In this document: piece by piece, positions 44,595 to 55,606 of the stretch
How positions within the stretch are numbered: the first letter of the stretch is position 1
Layout of the letters: each line of letters starts with the position of its first letter
Assembly: GCA_963747115.1 (NCBI GenBank)
Contig: CAVVEB010000001.1
Coordinates: forward strand, 134,554 to 198,553
DNA: 64,000 nucleotides
Reading direction: 5' to 3'
Source: an uncultured delta proteobacterium
GTDB lineage: Bacteria > Desulfobacterota > Binatia > Binatales > Binataceae
Notes under the pieces: model-generated
Told to the model about the DNA's origin: nothing
Databases searched by the model: none
What the model saw: only the letters and a program-made list of their open reading frames with translations
Program-made: the position numbers and the translations under genes

Positions 44595-45608
44595 GTGCCC
44601 CTGACTAAAATTGTCTCGACCGTACCCCTCACCGAATCGCAGCAAGAGCTGATACGAGGCGCCGCGCCTCGGGCGGAACTGATGAACCGTCGGTGCCGAA
44701 CGCTTGATGACGTGCGTGCGATGCTCGCCAGCGGATGCGATGTCCTGCTCACTTTTATGGTGCCGGACGATCTGGCCGCGCTCGCGCTGGATTTGAAATG
44801 GATGCAGTTGTTGAGCGCTGGCGCGGATCACGCACGGGGAGTGTTGAATTCCACGAATCTCACCGTGTGCACCGCGAGCGGCATCCATGCGACTCCGATT
44901 GCGGAGTACACGATCGCTTCGATGCTCGCCTACGCGCACAAATTTCACGTTATGCTTCGCGGACAACTTCGCCACGAATGGATGCGTTCGGGTGGATTCC
45001 GCGGCACCATCGACGAACTTAGGGGCAAGACCATCGGCATCATCGGATATGGATCGATCGGACGCGAAACTGCGCGGCTGGCGCGAGCATTCGGCATGCG
45101 GGTCCTCGCGTTGAAGCGCGATCCCAATTCGCACCACGATCCCGGATGGTGTCCAGTTGGACTCGGCGACCCCGAAGGAATCATCGCGGAGAAGTTCTAC
45201 GGCCCCGATGAGCGCGAGGCGATTTTGCGGGCCTCCAACTTCGTATCTGTGACGCTGCCGCTGACTGAGCATACGCATCACTTTATCGGCGCTCGAGAAA
45301 TCGCCGCGATGAAGCAGGACGCTTACCTCATCAACATTGGCCGCGGCGAGGTGATCGATGAGAGCGCGCTTATCGCCGCACTGCAAGCGGGAAAAATCGG
45401 CGGCGCGGGACTCGACGTCTTCGAAACCGAACCGCTGCCCGGCGAGAGTCCGATCTGGGATCTCGAGAATGTCATTCTCACGCCGCACATGGCCGGCGCC
45501 AATCGGGGCTACATGGATAAGGCCTGCGAGCTATTCGCAGATAATCTCCGCCGCTTCGAGGCTGGGCATCCGCTGCTGAACGTCGTGGACCGTGAACTTG
45601 GCTACTGA
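44595..45608 (+). CDS. D-2-hydroxyacid dehydrogenase
   Basis: GYGSIG, NIGRG, LDVFETEPL, TPHMAG; start GTG 44595 inferred. Confidence 0.92.
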   Translation: MPLTKIVSTVPLTESQQELIRGAAPRAELMNRRCRTLDDVRAMLASGCDVLLTFMVPDDLAALALDLKWMQLLSAGADHARGVLNSTNLTVCTASGIHATPIAEYTIASMLAYAHKFHVMLRGQLRHEWMRSGGFRGTIDELRGKTIGIIGYGSIGRETARLARAFGMRVLALKRDPNSHHDPGWCPVGLGDPEGIIAEKFYGPDEREAILRASNFVSVTLPLTEHTHHFIGAREIAAMKQDAYLINIGRGEVIDESALIAALQAGKIGGAGLDVFETEPLPGESPIWDLENVILTPHMAGANRGYMDKACELFADNLRRFEAGHPLLNVVDRELGY

Positions 45609-47062
45609 CGCGAGAGTTCGGCGAGAAATCGTTCTTTGAGATTCGCGAAAGGACCGTTCGACATGAACAGCGCCACGTCACCGGATCGAGCGTCGTGCAA
45701 CATCAACTCCAAAATGTGGTCGTTGGAATCGCACGCCACGGCAAGCGGACCGCGGTCGGCAATCGCATCGGCCAAGGCGCCGGTATCGAGCCGCTCGTCC
45801 TCCGCAATCGGATCGTTATCCTTGAAATAAACCGGTCCCAGATAAACCCGGGCCGCCCGATCGAATGCGTTCGCGAATCCTTCCTGGAAAACATTTCGGC
45901 GCGCCGTATTCGAGCGTGGCTCGAAGGCAGCGAGTATTCGCCGGCCGGGAAAGTGTTCCGCAATCGCTTCGAGCGTGACCCGTATCGCCGTCGGATGATG
46001 CGCGAAGTCGTCGATCACCGTGACGCCGCCGGCCTCGCCAATCACTTCCTGGCGGCGGACTACGCCCGTGAATGACTTCAATCCCGCCGCTATTTCCTTC
46101 GCGGCCAAACCGCTTTCGCTCAGCAGGGCGAACACGCCGAGCGCGTTGGCGACGTTCATCCTGCCGCCGATGGTGAGATGAACGTTGTCGATCGCGCGCC
46201 GACTCGCATGGTCGATCGAAAAATGCGCACCATCGGCGCCGGTGCGAATATCGACCGCGCGAATTTCTCCCGCCCGAAGTCCGAAGGTGACCAGCCGGGC
46301 GCGGGTTTTTTCGCTGACCTCAAGCGCCGCGGGCGAATCGGCGCAAACCGCGAGCATCCGCGATTCGTCCATGGTCTCGGCCAAGGCGCGAAACGACGAT
46401 TTTACGTGCTCGAGATCGCGATAAATGTCCGCGTGGTCGAATTCAACCCCGGTAATTATCGCGGCATTGGCGCGGTAGTGAACGAACTTCGGACCCTTGT
46501 CGAAAAACGCGGTGTCATATTCATCGCCTTCGATCACAAAATCGTCGCCGTTGCCGAGACGATAATTGGAACCAAAATCTTTCGCCACGCCGCCGACCAT
46601 CATCGAGGGACTGCGGCCGGCCGATTCCAGCACGTGCGCGATCATCGCGGTCGAGGTGGTTTTACCGTGCGTACCCGCGACCATTAGAACCCGCTTGTGC
46701 CGCAGGAAGAAATGCCACAGCGCTTCCGGCATCGAGAGATAGGGTATGGAAGTCTTCAACAGCGCTTCAGCTTCGGGATTGTTGCGTGTGATGACGTTGC
46801 CCACCACGACCAGGTCCGGCGTTGGCTCCAGATTTTGCGCTCGGAAGCCGGTCATGACCTCGATCCGCGATAGCTTGAGCAGCGACGCGGTGGGCTCGTA
46901 GAGCTCACGATCCGAGCCGGTCACGCGATAGTCGCGAGCTGCAAGCATTCCGCCCAGCGCCGCCATCGCGGTCCCGCCCACGCCGATCAGATGCACATGA
47001 TGCACGGTAGCGGGGACTCGGCCCAGTCTCTCGGCACTGGCCGAGCTGGTGGAATCAGCCAC
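45602..47062 (-). CDS. mpl: Murein peptide ligase (UDP-MurNAc:tripeptide ligase)
   Basis: GVGGTAM, GTHGKTT, EGDEYDTAFFDK, DDFAHHPT, FEPRSNT. Confidence 0.92.
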   Translation of the reverse strand: MADSTSSASAERLGRVPATVHHVHLIGVGGTAMAALGGMLAARDYRVTGSDRELYEPTASLLKLSRIEVMTGFRAQNLEPTPDLVVVGNVITRNNPEAEALLKTSIPYLSMPEALWHFFLRHKRVLMVAGTHGKTTSTAMIAHVLESAGRSPSMMVGGVAKDFGSNYRLGNGDDFVIEGDEYDTAFFDKGPKFVHYRANAAIITGVEFDHADIYRDLEHVKSSFRALAETMDESRMLAVCADSPAALEVSEKTRARLVTFGLRAGEIRAVDIRTGADGAHFSIDHASRRAIDNVHLTIGGRMNVANALGVFALLSESGLAAKEIAAGLKSFTGVVRRQEVIGEAGGVTVIDDFAHHPTAIRVTLEAIAEHFPGRRILAAFEPRSNTARRNVFQEGFANAFDRAARVYLGPVYFKDNDPIAEDERLDTGALADAIADRGPLAVACDSNDHILELMLHDARSGDVALFMSNGPFANLKERFLAELSRQ

Positions 47063-48185
47063 CTTCGATTGTCTCCATGATCAGGTCGTGAATTTTAGGG
47101 CGAAACTCCCGAATAGTTTGCCGGTCGCGCGACGGATGGACGCGATTGGTCATAAGTGAAATTGAAATCTCGCGTTCAGGATCGATCCAGATCGAGGTTC
47201 CGGTGAAGCCGAGGTGTCCCACCGCCGCCGGGGGGAAATGGTGTCCCGAACTCGAATTTTTGAGCGAAGGAGTATCCCATCCAAGCGCCCAGGTTGAGCC
47301 CGGCACCGTGGGGTCTCGGGTCCAAAATTCCTGAATCGTATGCCGCGGCACCAACGTTGAGCGGTTCTTGTAACACGCGATCAATTCGGCGGCGATTTTA
47401 TCGACATCGCGAACCGGCGCGAACAAGCCGGCGTGACCCGAGACACCTCCCATCGCGAATGCGTTCTCGTCGTCGACCTCGCCGATCAACAGGCGTTTGC
47501 GCGATGGACAATTTTCGGTCGCTGCAAACATTTCCGGTACCGGTTCCATTCGAGTCGTTCGCGCCAGCGCGATATCGACAAATCCGGTAGCGGTCAGTCC
47601 CAGCGGCCGGTAGATCTGGTCGCGGCAAAATCGATTCAATGGCGCGCCCGCCGCTTGCTCAATCGCTTCTCCCAACAGGATGAAATTGAGATCGGAGTAG
47701 ATCGCTTTGGTGCCGGGAACCACCTCGGGCTTTTCGCGATGAATTTCCTCGTAGGTCCATGCCTTGGCGCCGGAGCTCGACATGAAATTGACTCTGCCCG
47801 CCCGCTCGATTTCGGCGATGCGCTTGTAAAAGGGCCGCCATGCCGCGAGACCAGAACAATGCGCGAGCAGGTTGCGAAAGATGACCCCGCCTTTTCCGTG
47901 CACGCCGAAGTTCGGGAAAACCCTGGTCACGCGGTCGTTGAGGCGGAGCTTCGCGTCGCGCGTGAGCATCATTACCGCGATCGAGGTCGCAAGAACTTTG
48001 GTCAGGGACGAAAGATCGAAAATCGTTTCGATGTTCATCCGGCTCGGTTCGGGCAACAGAGTTCGATAGCCAAATGCGCCATCAAAAACGATGTCGCCGC
48101 CCTTGCGCACCACCACGGTGGCGCCGGGAAATACGCGGTGCTCGACCGCTTGATTGAACGCCTGCTCTACCTCATGCCAGCCCAA
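47055..48185 (-). CDS. Serine hydrolase, beta-lactamase family (AmiE/YbbE-like)
   Basis: FDLSSLTK (SxxK), YSD, GHAGLF, GHLGFTGT; no signal peptide. Confidence 0.88.
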   Translation of the reverse strand: MGWHEVEQAFNQAVEHRVFPGATVVVRKGGDIVFDGAFGYRTLLPEPSRMNIETIFDLSSLTKVLATSIAVMMLTRDAKLRLNDRVTRVFPNFGVHGKGGVIFRNLLAHCSGLAAWRPFYKRIAEIERAGRVNFMSSSGAKAWTYEEIHREKPEVVPGTKAIYSDLNFILLGEAIEQAAGAPLNRFCRDQIYRPLGLTATGFVDIALARTTRMEPVPEMFAATENCPSRKRLLIGEVDDENAFAMGGVSGHAGLFAPVRDVDKIAAELIACYKNRSTLVPRHTIQEFWTRDPTVPGSTWALGWDTPSLKNSSSGHHFPPAAVGHLGFTGTSIWIDPEREISISLMTNRVHPSRDRQTIREFRPKIHDLIMETIEGG

Positions 48186-48266
48186 GCCGAAAACCTCCGC
48201 CTGTATTCACCCGATACGAAATATTAGCGGAGAAGTTGATCGCGCGTGAGAGCGGCGGCGCAAATT

Positions 48267-49214
48267 TCAGCAGACGCCGGATTCGAGGACCGTCAGACGG
48301 CGCGAGGCGTAATCGATCCGCGCGCGAACTCCAAAGGGCAGCGCGAGATTCTGCGTATAGTGTCCGGCATCGATACCGAACAGCACCGGGATTTCGAGAC
48401 CGTCGGTCTGCTCGGCGGCGAATCGCCGGATCATTCTGGCCTCGTTCTCCTCACCGTCAAAAGGGTGGATGGCGCCAAACACAATGCCGGCGCACCGATC
48501 GAGCGCGCCCGACTGCCGCAGCTGCACCAGCATTCGGTCGATGCGGTAGGCTCGCTCGCCGACTTCTTCCAAAAAAAGGATTTTGTCATCGAAGCTCGGA
48601 GCATATGGCGTGCTCAGCATCGCCGCCAGGATCGAAAGGCAACCGCCCATCAGCTCGCCCTGCGCGTTACCGGGATGGAGCGCGATTTGAGCCTCCATTT
48701 CAAAGCTCCCGGTCTCGCCGGTGAGAAGTTTTCTCAGATGCTCAAACGAGTGGCGATGGCGTTCCTGGATATCCTGCTCGAAGGCCAGCATCGGACCGTG
48801 AAACGCGACCATGCGCGCGCGCTCGACGATCGGATTGAGCAGAAACGTGAGATCGGAAAACCCGATCAGCGGTTTCGGCGTCAGCGCGATCGCCTCGAAA
48901 TCCAGCAGCGGAAGAATCCGCCCGGAGCCGTAACCTCCGCGCGCGACGAAGATCGCGCGAATATCGGGATCGGCGAAAAACGCGTGGAGCTCCTCGGCAC
49001 GATTGCGATCGGGTCCCGCCAGGATATCGTCGCGATCGAGCACCCGGCTCGAAACACGAGTCTTGAATCCGATCGATCGCAGCAGCTCGAGCCCCCGCTC
49101 CAGAGACTGCTTCTCGACCGCCGCCGCCAACGAAACGACGCCGACAGTATCGCCTATCTTTAGCGCGGGCGGCCTCGCGGCCGCTCCCTTTAACCGATCT
49201 TCAGACAGTGCCAT
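48267..49214 (-). CDS. ldcA: LD-carboxypeptidase (S66)
   Basis: ARGGYGS and the triad GFSD / LEEV / AGH. Confidence 0.9.
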   Translation of the reverse strand: MALSEDRLKGAAARPPALKIGDTVGVVSLAAAVEKQSLERGLELLRSIGFKTRVSSRVLDRDDILAGPDRNRAEELHAFFADPDIRAIFVARGGYGSGRILPLLDFEAIALTPKPLIGFSDLTFLLNPIVERARMVAFHGPMLAFEQDIQERHRHSFEHLRKLLTGETGSFEMEAQIALHPGNAQGELMGGCLSILAAMLSTPYAPSFDDKILFLEEVGERAYRIDRMLVQLRQSGALDRCAGIVFGAIHPFDGEENEARMIRRFAAEQTDGLEIPVLFGIDAGHYTQNLALPFGVRARIDYASRRLTVLESGVC

Positions 49215-49224
49215 CAACCTTCGA

Positions 49225-50245
49225 TTACATGGTGCGGCCGACCGCTTTCGCGACCAACCGAACTGCGGCCATAAGCTCGGCGAATCGATCCGGCCTGAGT
49301 TGCTGAGGACCATCGGAAAGCGCGACTGCGGGATTCGGATGCACCTCGATCAGCAGGCCGTCGGCGCCCGCAGCGATAGCCGCCAACGCCATCGGTTTCA
49401 CCAGCGTCCAGAGACCGGTGCCGTGGCTGGGATCAACGATCACGGGCAAATGCGTCATCTGCTTGAGCAGAGGAACCGCGTTGAGGTTGAGGGTATTGCG
49501 CGTCGCGGTTTCGAAGGTCCTGATACCGCGCTCGCATAGCACCACGTTGGAGTTTCCTTCCGACAGGATGTATTCCGCCGCCATCAGGAACTCCTCGATT
49601 TTTGTCGACATGCCACGCTTTAACAGGATCGGTTTTTTGGTGCGTCCGAGTTTTCTCAAGAGCGAGAAGTTTTGCGCATTGCGGGCGCCGACTTGCAGCA
49701 TATCGGCATGGGCGACGAACAGATCGATATCCTGCGCTTCCATGATCTCGCTGACGATCGGAAGCCCAACCCGCTTCCCAGCGTGCTCGAGCAGGCTCAG
49801 CCCCTCGGACTCCATCCCCTGGAACGCGTACGGCGAGGTGCGCGGCTTGAACGCGCCGCCGCGCAGCAGATCCGCGCCGCCCTGCTTGACCGCGTCAGCG
49901 GAAGCCTCAACCTGTTGGGCGCTCTCCACCGCGCATGGACCGGCCATCACGGCGATTCTCTTGCCGCCGATTTTGACTCCACCGACATCGATGATGGAGC
50001 CTTCCGGGCGAACTTCGCGCGAGGCCAGCTTGTAGGATCTTCAGCACCGGCATCACGCGCTCGACGCCGGCGACCGCCACCAGGTGCTCGAGCGAGTGCT
50101 GCTCGCCGCGCTCGTCACCAACGCATGCGACCACGGTGCGCTCGACGCCTCGAATTACGTGCGCGCGATAGTCCAGACCCTCGACCATTCTGACCACGGT
50201 CTGGATCTCCGGCTCGGTCGCATGCGCCTTCATTACGACGATCAC
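49225..50245 (-). CDS. aroF: DAHP synthase, type I-beta (frameshift near 50039)
   Basis: MIVVMK N-terminal regulatory domain, [22 protein letters not shown]; one extra base after VMPVLK. Confidence 0.93.
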
Positions 50246-50435
50246 GTCTCAAAGCCCCCCTGCCGACAAGAATTTCCCATCGTGAGACTCCCCGCGCATC
50301 CGTAACTGCCTCGCTCTCCAGAACTACACCAGGATGGAACGGGTGTGGAGACTCTAGTATTTAATATGGGATATGACGAGCCGAGGGTGAATGCCGGCCT
50401 TGGTCGGCGCGCCACCCGGCGAGTAGAGGATCGGT

Positions 50436-51194
50436 TTGCCCCCCAATTCGCGAAGACCGCTAAAGTTTGTCCATACCTCGGACGTGCACCTGGAGACCGA
50501 TACGTTCGGATCGGGCCCGGCCGGCGAGCGAGTACGCGACAAAGTGCGCGCGACGTTCGCGAACGTGGTGACGGTGGCTAACGAGCAAAAGGCTGACCTG
50601 CTTTTAATCGTCGGCGATCTGTTCGATTCGAGCCGCATCACCGAAGAAGGCCTCGCATTCGCCTTCGCCACTATCAGCAAGGCGCGAATGCCGGTGGTGA
50701 TGATTCCCGGAAATCACGATGCCCACGATGAGCGATCGATATACGCGAACCTCGCAGCGGAAGTCTTGCCAAAGAACCTGCATCTGGTCCTCGAACCCGA
50801 AGGCCGCATCGTGGATTTTCCGGAGCTTACAGCCCGAATCTGGGGCCGCGCGATGGTCGAACACTCGCCGGACAATCGCCCACTGGCGGGCCTGCCGGAG
50901 CCGCATCCGGAACTATGGAACATCGCGATGGCGCACGGGCTATTCGTTGAGGCGGACGCGAACGAGCGATCCTCGCCGATCACGCCGGATGAAATCGCGT
51001 CCAGCGGTTACGACTACGTCGCGCTCGGACACGTACACATCTTCAATGATGTGTCGCGGGGACCGACGCGCGCCTTTTACTGCGGAACTCCGGCGCCGCT
51101 TTACGAGAGCGAACATTCGGGCTGGGTGGCGATCGTGAATTGCGTGCCGGACCGGCCGATCGCGATAGAAAAGGCGCTGGTCAAAGTCAGCTAG
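50436..51194 (+). CDS. Mre11/SbcD-like metallophosphoesterase
   Basis: SDVHL, GDLFD, PGNHD, AHG, LGHVH. Confidence 0.88.
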   Translation: MPPNSRRPLKFVHTSDVHLETDTFGSGPAGERVRDKVRATFANVVTVANEQKADLLLIVGDLFDSSRITEEGLAFAFATISKARMPVVMIPGNHDAHDERSIYANLAAEVLPKNLHLVLEPEGRIVDFPELTARIWGRAMVEHSPDNRPLAGLPEPHPELWNIAMAHGLFVEADANERSSPITPDEIASSGYDYVALGHVHIFNDVSRGPTRAFYCGTPAPLYESEHSGWVAIVNCVPDRPIAIEKALVKVS

Positions 51195-51633
51195 GCTTAC
51201 GAGAGTTCATCGTCGATACGATCGCGCCGAATCCTCTCGCCATCAGCTCAGGATGGGCGATCGACAACTTGCGCCACAGGCTCTCAAAGCCAACGGCATC
51301 GAACGGTTCGAAGACGCACTGGAGCGCGCCTTCATTCAGAAACATCGTGTCATCTCTACTTGAGTCTGCCGCACCGAGCATCACCACGGAAGTTTCGGGC
51401 GACTCGCGCTTAATCAATCGCAGCAGATCGAGCGGATTCGACTGGCCTCCATAGTTGAGACCGACGCCAAGCGTCACGATTTCGGGTTTCACGGTTCTGA
51501 ACAGCGGCAACGCCTGCGCGGCAGTCTCAGCTTCCGCGACGACCTCGCATCCGATGCATTCGAGGTGCGTACGAATCGCTTCACGAACGGCTGGTAATCC
51601 GTCAGTAACCAATGCTCGAACTGACATTCCCAT
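51187..51633 (-). CDS. Single-domain atypical response regulator (pseudo-receiver)
   Basis: CheY fold pattern (EVVAEA, KPEIVTL, GA...EPF) with the catalytic Asp and Lys absent. Confidence 0.8.
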   Translation of the reverse strand: MGMSVRALVTDGLPAVREAIRTHLECIGCEVVAEAETAAQALPLFRTVKPEIVTLGVGLNYGGQSNPLDLLRLIKRESPETSVVMLGAADSSRDDTMFLNEGALQCVFEPFDAVGFESLWRKLSIAHPELMARGFGAIVSTMNSRKPS

Positions 51634-51911
51634 CTGCCTCCTGCGTTCTCCGCTCCCGTTCAGCAAGGAGTGACACTTATAGTGTCAGTGGACAATCAAC
51701 TAGGTAGCAAAGACGGGGCCAGCGACAGCAGTATGGATTGAAACATTTTTCGTGTGGTTTTGCGAAATAGCCCGTTCTTTCATCCTCGCTGTCTCGGATT
51801 TGCGGTCCCGTTCCGAGACATTGGGGCACGGCGGATTTTCACTCGAAGCTGGGCGGATGCGGTGGACATGTGTCTTGTTGCACGGCCGTGACACACGTTG
51901 TCACGCCGGCG

Positions 51912-51948
51912 AAAAGCGAAGCGGCGGAGCCTTTTCGACTCCGCCGCT
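51912..51948 (-). terminator. Rho-independent terminator of groESL
   Basis: agcggcggag/ctccgccgct stem followed by TCGCTTTT on the minus strand. Confidence 0.7.
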
Positions 51949-52000
51949 GAAGTAACCGCTTGTTAGCTTAATGCGCCACGTTGTTAGGCGCGTGGCATCG

Positions 52001-53695
<1,695 letters not shown>

Positions 53696-53986
53696 CTACT
53701 CCGTGATGATTCCGAGAATGTCGTCTTCGCGAAGAACGATAAGGTCATCCCCCTCGAGTTTGATCTCACTACCCGAATACTTGCCGAACAGGATTCTGTC
53801 GCCGGCCTTGACCTCAGGCGTGATCAGCTTGCCGTCTTCGGCCACCTTCCCCTTGCCGACGGCCATCACTTTGCCTTCCTGCGGCTTCTCTTTGGCGGTA
53901 TCCGGGATGATGATCCCGCCCTTGGTTTTTTCTTCCTCTTTGATCCTCTTGACCAGAATGCGGTCGCCCAACGGTCTAAGCTTCAT
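53696..53986 (-). CDS. groES: Co-chaperonin GroES
   Basis: [20 protein letters not shown]. Confidence 0.99.
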   Translation of the reverse strand: MKLRPLGDRILVKRIKEEEKTKGGIIIPDTAKEKPQEGKVMAVGKGKVAEDGKLITPEVKAGDRILFGKYSGSEIKLEGDDLIVLREDDILGIITE

Positions 53987-54050
53987 GGGTGCTTAGCGTC
54001 CTCCTTCGTATGATTTTCGGTCTATGTGCGAGATAAATTGGCCCGGCAAG

Positions 54051-54078
54051 AAGTTAACCACAGGGGCCGGAATGTCAA
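54051..54078 (-). promoter_or_regulatory. Sigma70-type promoter of groESL
   Basis: Minus strand TTGACA-N16-TAACTT, directly downstream of the CIRCE. Confidence 0.55.
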
Positions 54079-54105
54079 TTGGCACTCGACGGGTTCGAGT
54101 GCTAA
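54079..54105 (-). promoter_or_regulatory. CIRCE element (HrcA operator)
   Basis: Minus strand TTAGCACTC-N9-GAGTGCCAA, one mismatch to consensus, upstream of groES. Confidence 0.92.
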
Positions 54106-54309
54106 CCGCACTTTACTGCGATCCATGATGAAAGCAAGTTAATCCTTGAAGAATCCACCGGAGAAAATCTGATACCCGTGATTAGCTCGAATTACGTCCG
54201 TGAGTTCTGTTTTGTAGAGATATGCTATAGCTATCAATGAGGTGCCACATTGGGTCGTGAATAGCGAGCCCAAGCGCTGCCACAATGCTAAAATTCCGCT
54301 CGATTTGCG

Positions 54310-55014
54310 ATGAGACCACCCACGGAGTATCGCCGAGAGGATGCACGCGCGCAGCCGCCGTACGCACATGACGCGTACACCAGCACCCGCAAGCGCGCGC
54401 CGCATCAACCCCTGATTCGCATCGCGCATTCGCTGTCGGAGATCACCGGACCTCGCTTCGCGCGGGAAATTCTCCGCGAGGGCGACGACGACCTGACCCA
54501 CTTGGACGGCGGCGAGGCTATCGGTGAGCGAATCATTGTGGGCGGACGCGTCGTGGATGAAGGCGGCACTCCCGTTGCCGAAACCCTACTCGAGATATGG
54601 CAAGCCAACGCGGCCGGCCGCTATGCGCACCCGATGGATCAGCATCAGGCGCCGTTCGACCCGCATTTCTCGGGCATCGGACGGGTCATGACTGACGCAA
54701 CCGGCCGGTATCGATTTTTGACGATCAAGCCGGGCGCATACCCGTGGCAAAATCACCACAACGCATGGCGGCCGAACCACATTCATTTCAGCCTGTTCGG
54801 TCCAAGCTTCGCCACGCGGCTAATCACCCAGATGTATTTCCCGGGCGATCCGCTGCTCGCGCTCGATCCGATATTCAACAGCGTTCCTGATGAAGCGGCG
54901 CGGAATCGGCTGATCGCCAGTTTCGATATCGAGACCACCGTCGCCGATCACGCGCTCGGCTATCGCTTTGATATCGTTCTGCGCGGCCGCGACGCCACTC
55001 CGATGGAGCGATGA
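54310..55014 (+). CDS. pcaH: Protocatechuate 3,4-dioxygenase beta subunit
   Basis: SEITGP, GERIIV.GRV, WQANAAGRY, PGAYPW, WRP.HIHFS, TQMYF. Confidence 0.95.
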   Translation: MRPPTEYRREDARAQPPYAHDAYTSTRKRAPHQPLIRIAHSLSEITGPRFAREILREGDDDLTHLDGGEAIGERIIVGGRVVDEGGTPVAETLLEIWQANAAGRYAHPMDQHQAPFDPHFSGIGRVMTDATGRYRFLTIKPGAYPWQNHHNAWRPNHIHFSLFGPSFATRLITQMYFPGDPLLALDPIFNSVPDEAARNRLIASFDIETTVADHALGYRFDIVLRGRDATPMER

Positions 55015-55017
55015 GCA

Positions 55018-55590
55018 ATGGCGTTGCGGCAAACCCCGTCGCAGACGGTCGGTCCGTTTTTCAAGCCGTCGTTGATTGAGGCGGGAACTGAAATACTGGT
55101 GCGTCCCGACACGCGCGGCGATCGAATTACGATCGAGGGACGCGTGCTTGACGGCGACGGCGCGGCGGTCTCCGATGCGATGATCGAAATATGGCAGGCC
55201 AATGCCGAGGGGCGTTACGATCATCCCGACGACGCCCAGGAAAAATTGCTCGACCCGACTTTTCACGGCTATGGACGTGCCGCCACCGACGCGGACGGTG
55301 GTTTCCGCTTCCTGACCGTGAAGCCAGGAGCGGCTCCTGGAGCTGATGGCGCGTTGCAGGCGCCGCACATCAACGTTTCCATCTTCGCGCGCGGACTGCT
55401 CAAGCGGCTGGTCACGCGGATTTATTTTCCTAATGACCCGCTCAATGCTGACGACCCGATTTTGAACGCGACCGCGCGCGAGCGGCGCGCGACCCTGATC
55501 GCATCGCGGACGCCTGATTCGGCGCGCCTGGTGCTGCGCTTCGACATAATTCTGCAGGGCGCAAACGAAACCGTTTTCTTCGACGTCTGA
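55018..55590 (+). CDS. pcaG: Protocatechuate 3,4-dioxygenase alpha subunit
   Basis: TPSQTVGPF, QAPHI, ARGLL, ETVFFDV. Confidence 0.95.
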   Translation: MALRQTPSQTVGPFFKPSLIEAGTEILVRPDTRGDRITIEGRVLDGDGAAVSDAMIEIWQANAEGRYDHPDDAQEKLLDPTFHGYGRAATDADGGFRFLTVKPGAAPGADGALQAPHINVSIFARGLLKRLVTRIYFPNDPLNADDPILNATARERRATLIASRTPDSARLVLRFDIILQGANETVFFDV

Positions 55591-55606
55591 GATGGGAGTA
55601 TCGCGG

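Noticed and set aside
47055-48185. Antibiotic-resistance beta-lactamase
   Set aside because: No signal peptide, YSD rather than YxN, and a peptidoglycan-recycling context favour an amidase or esterase.
50030-50045. Programmed frameshifting in aroF (also eno and the VWA gene)
   Set aside because: No slippery heptamer is visible, and similar indels occur throughout the window.
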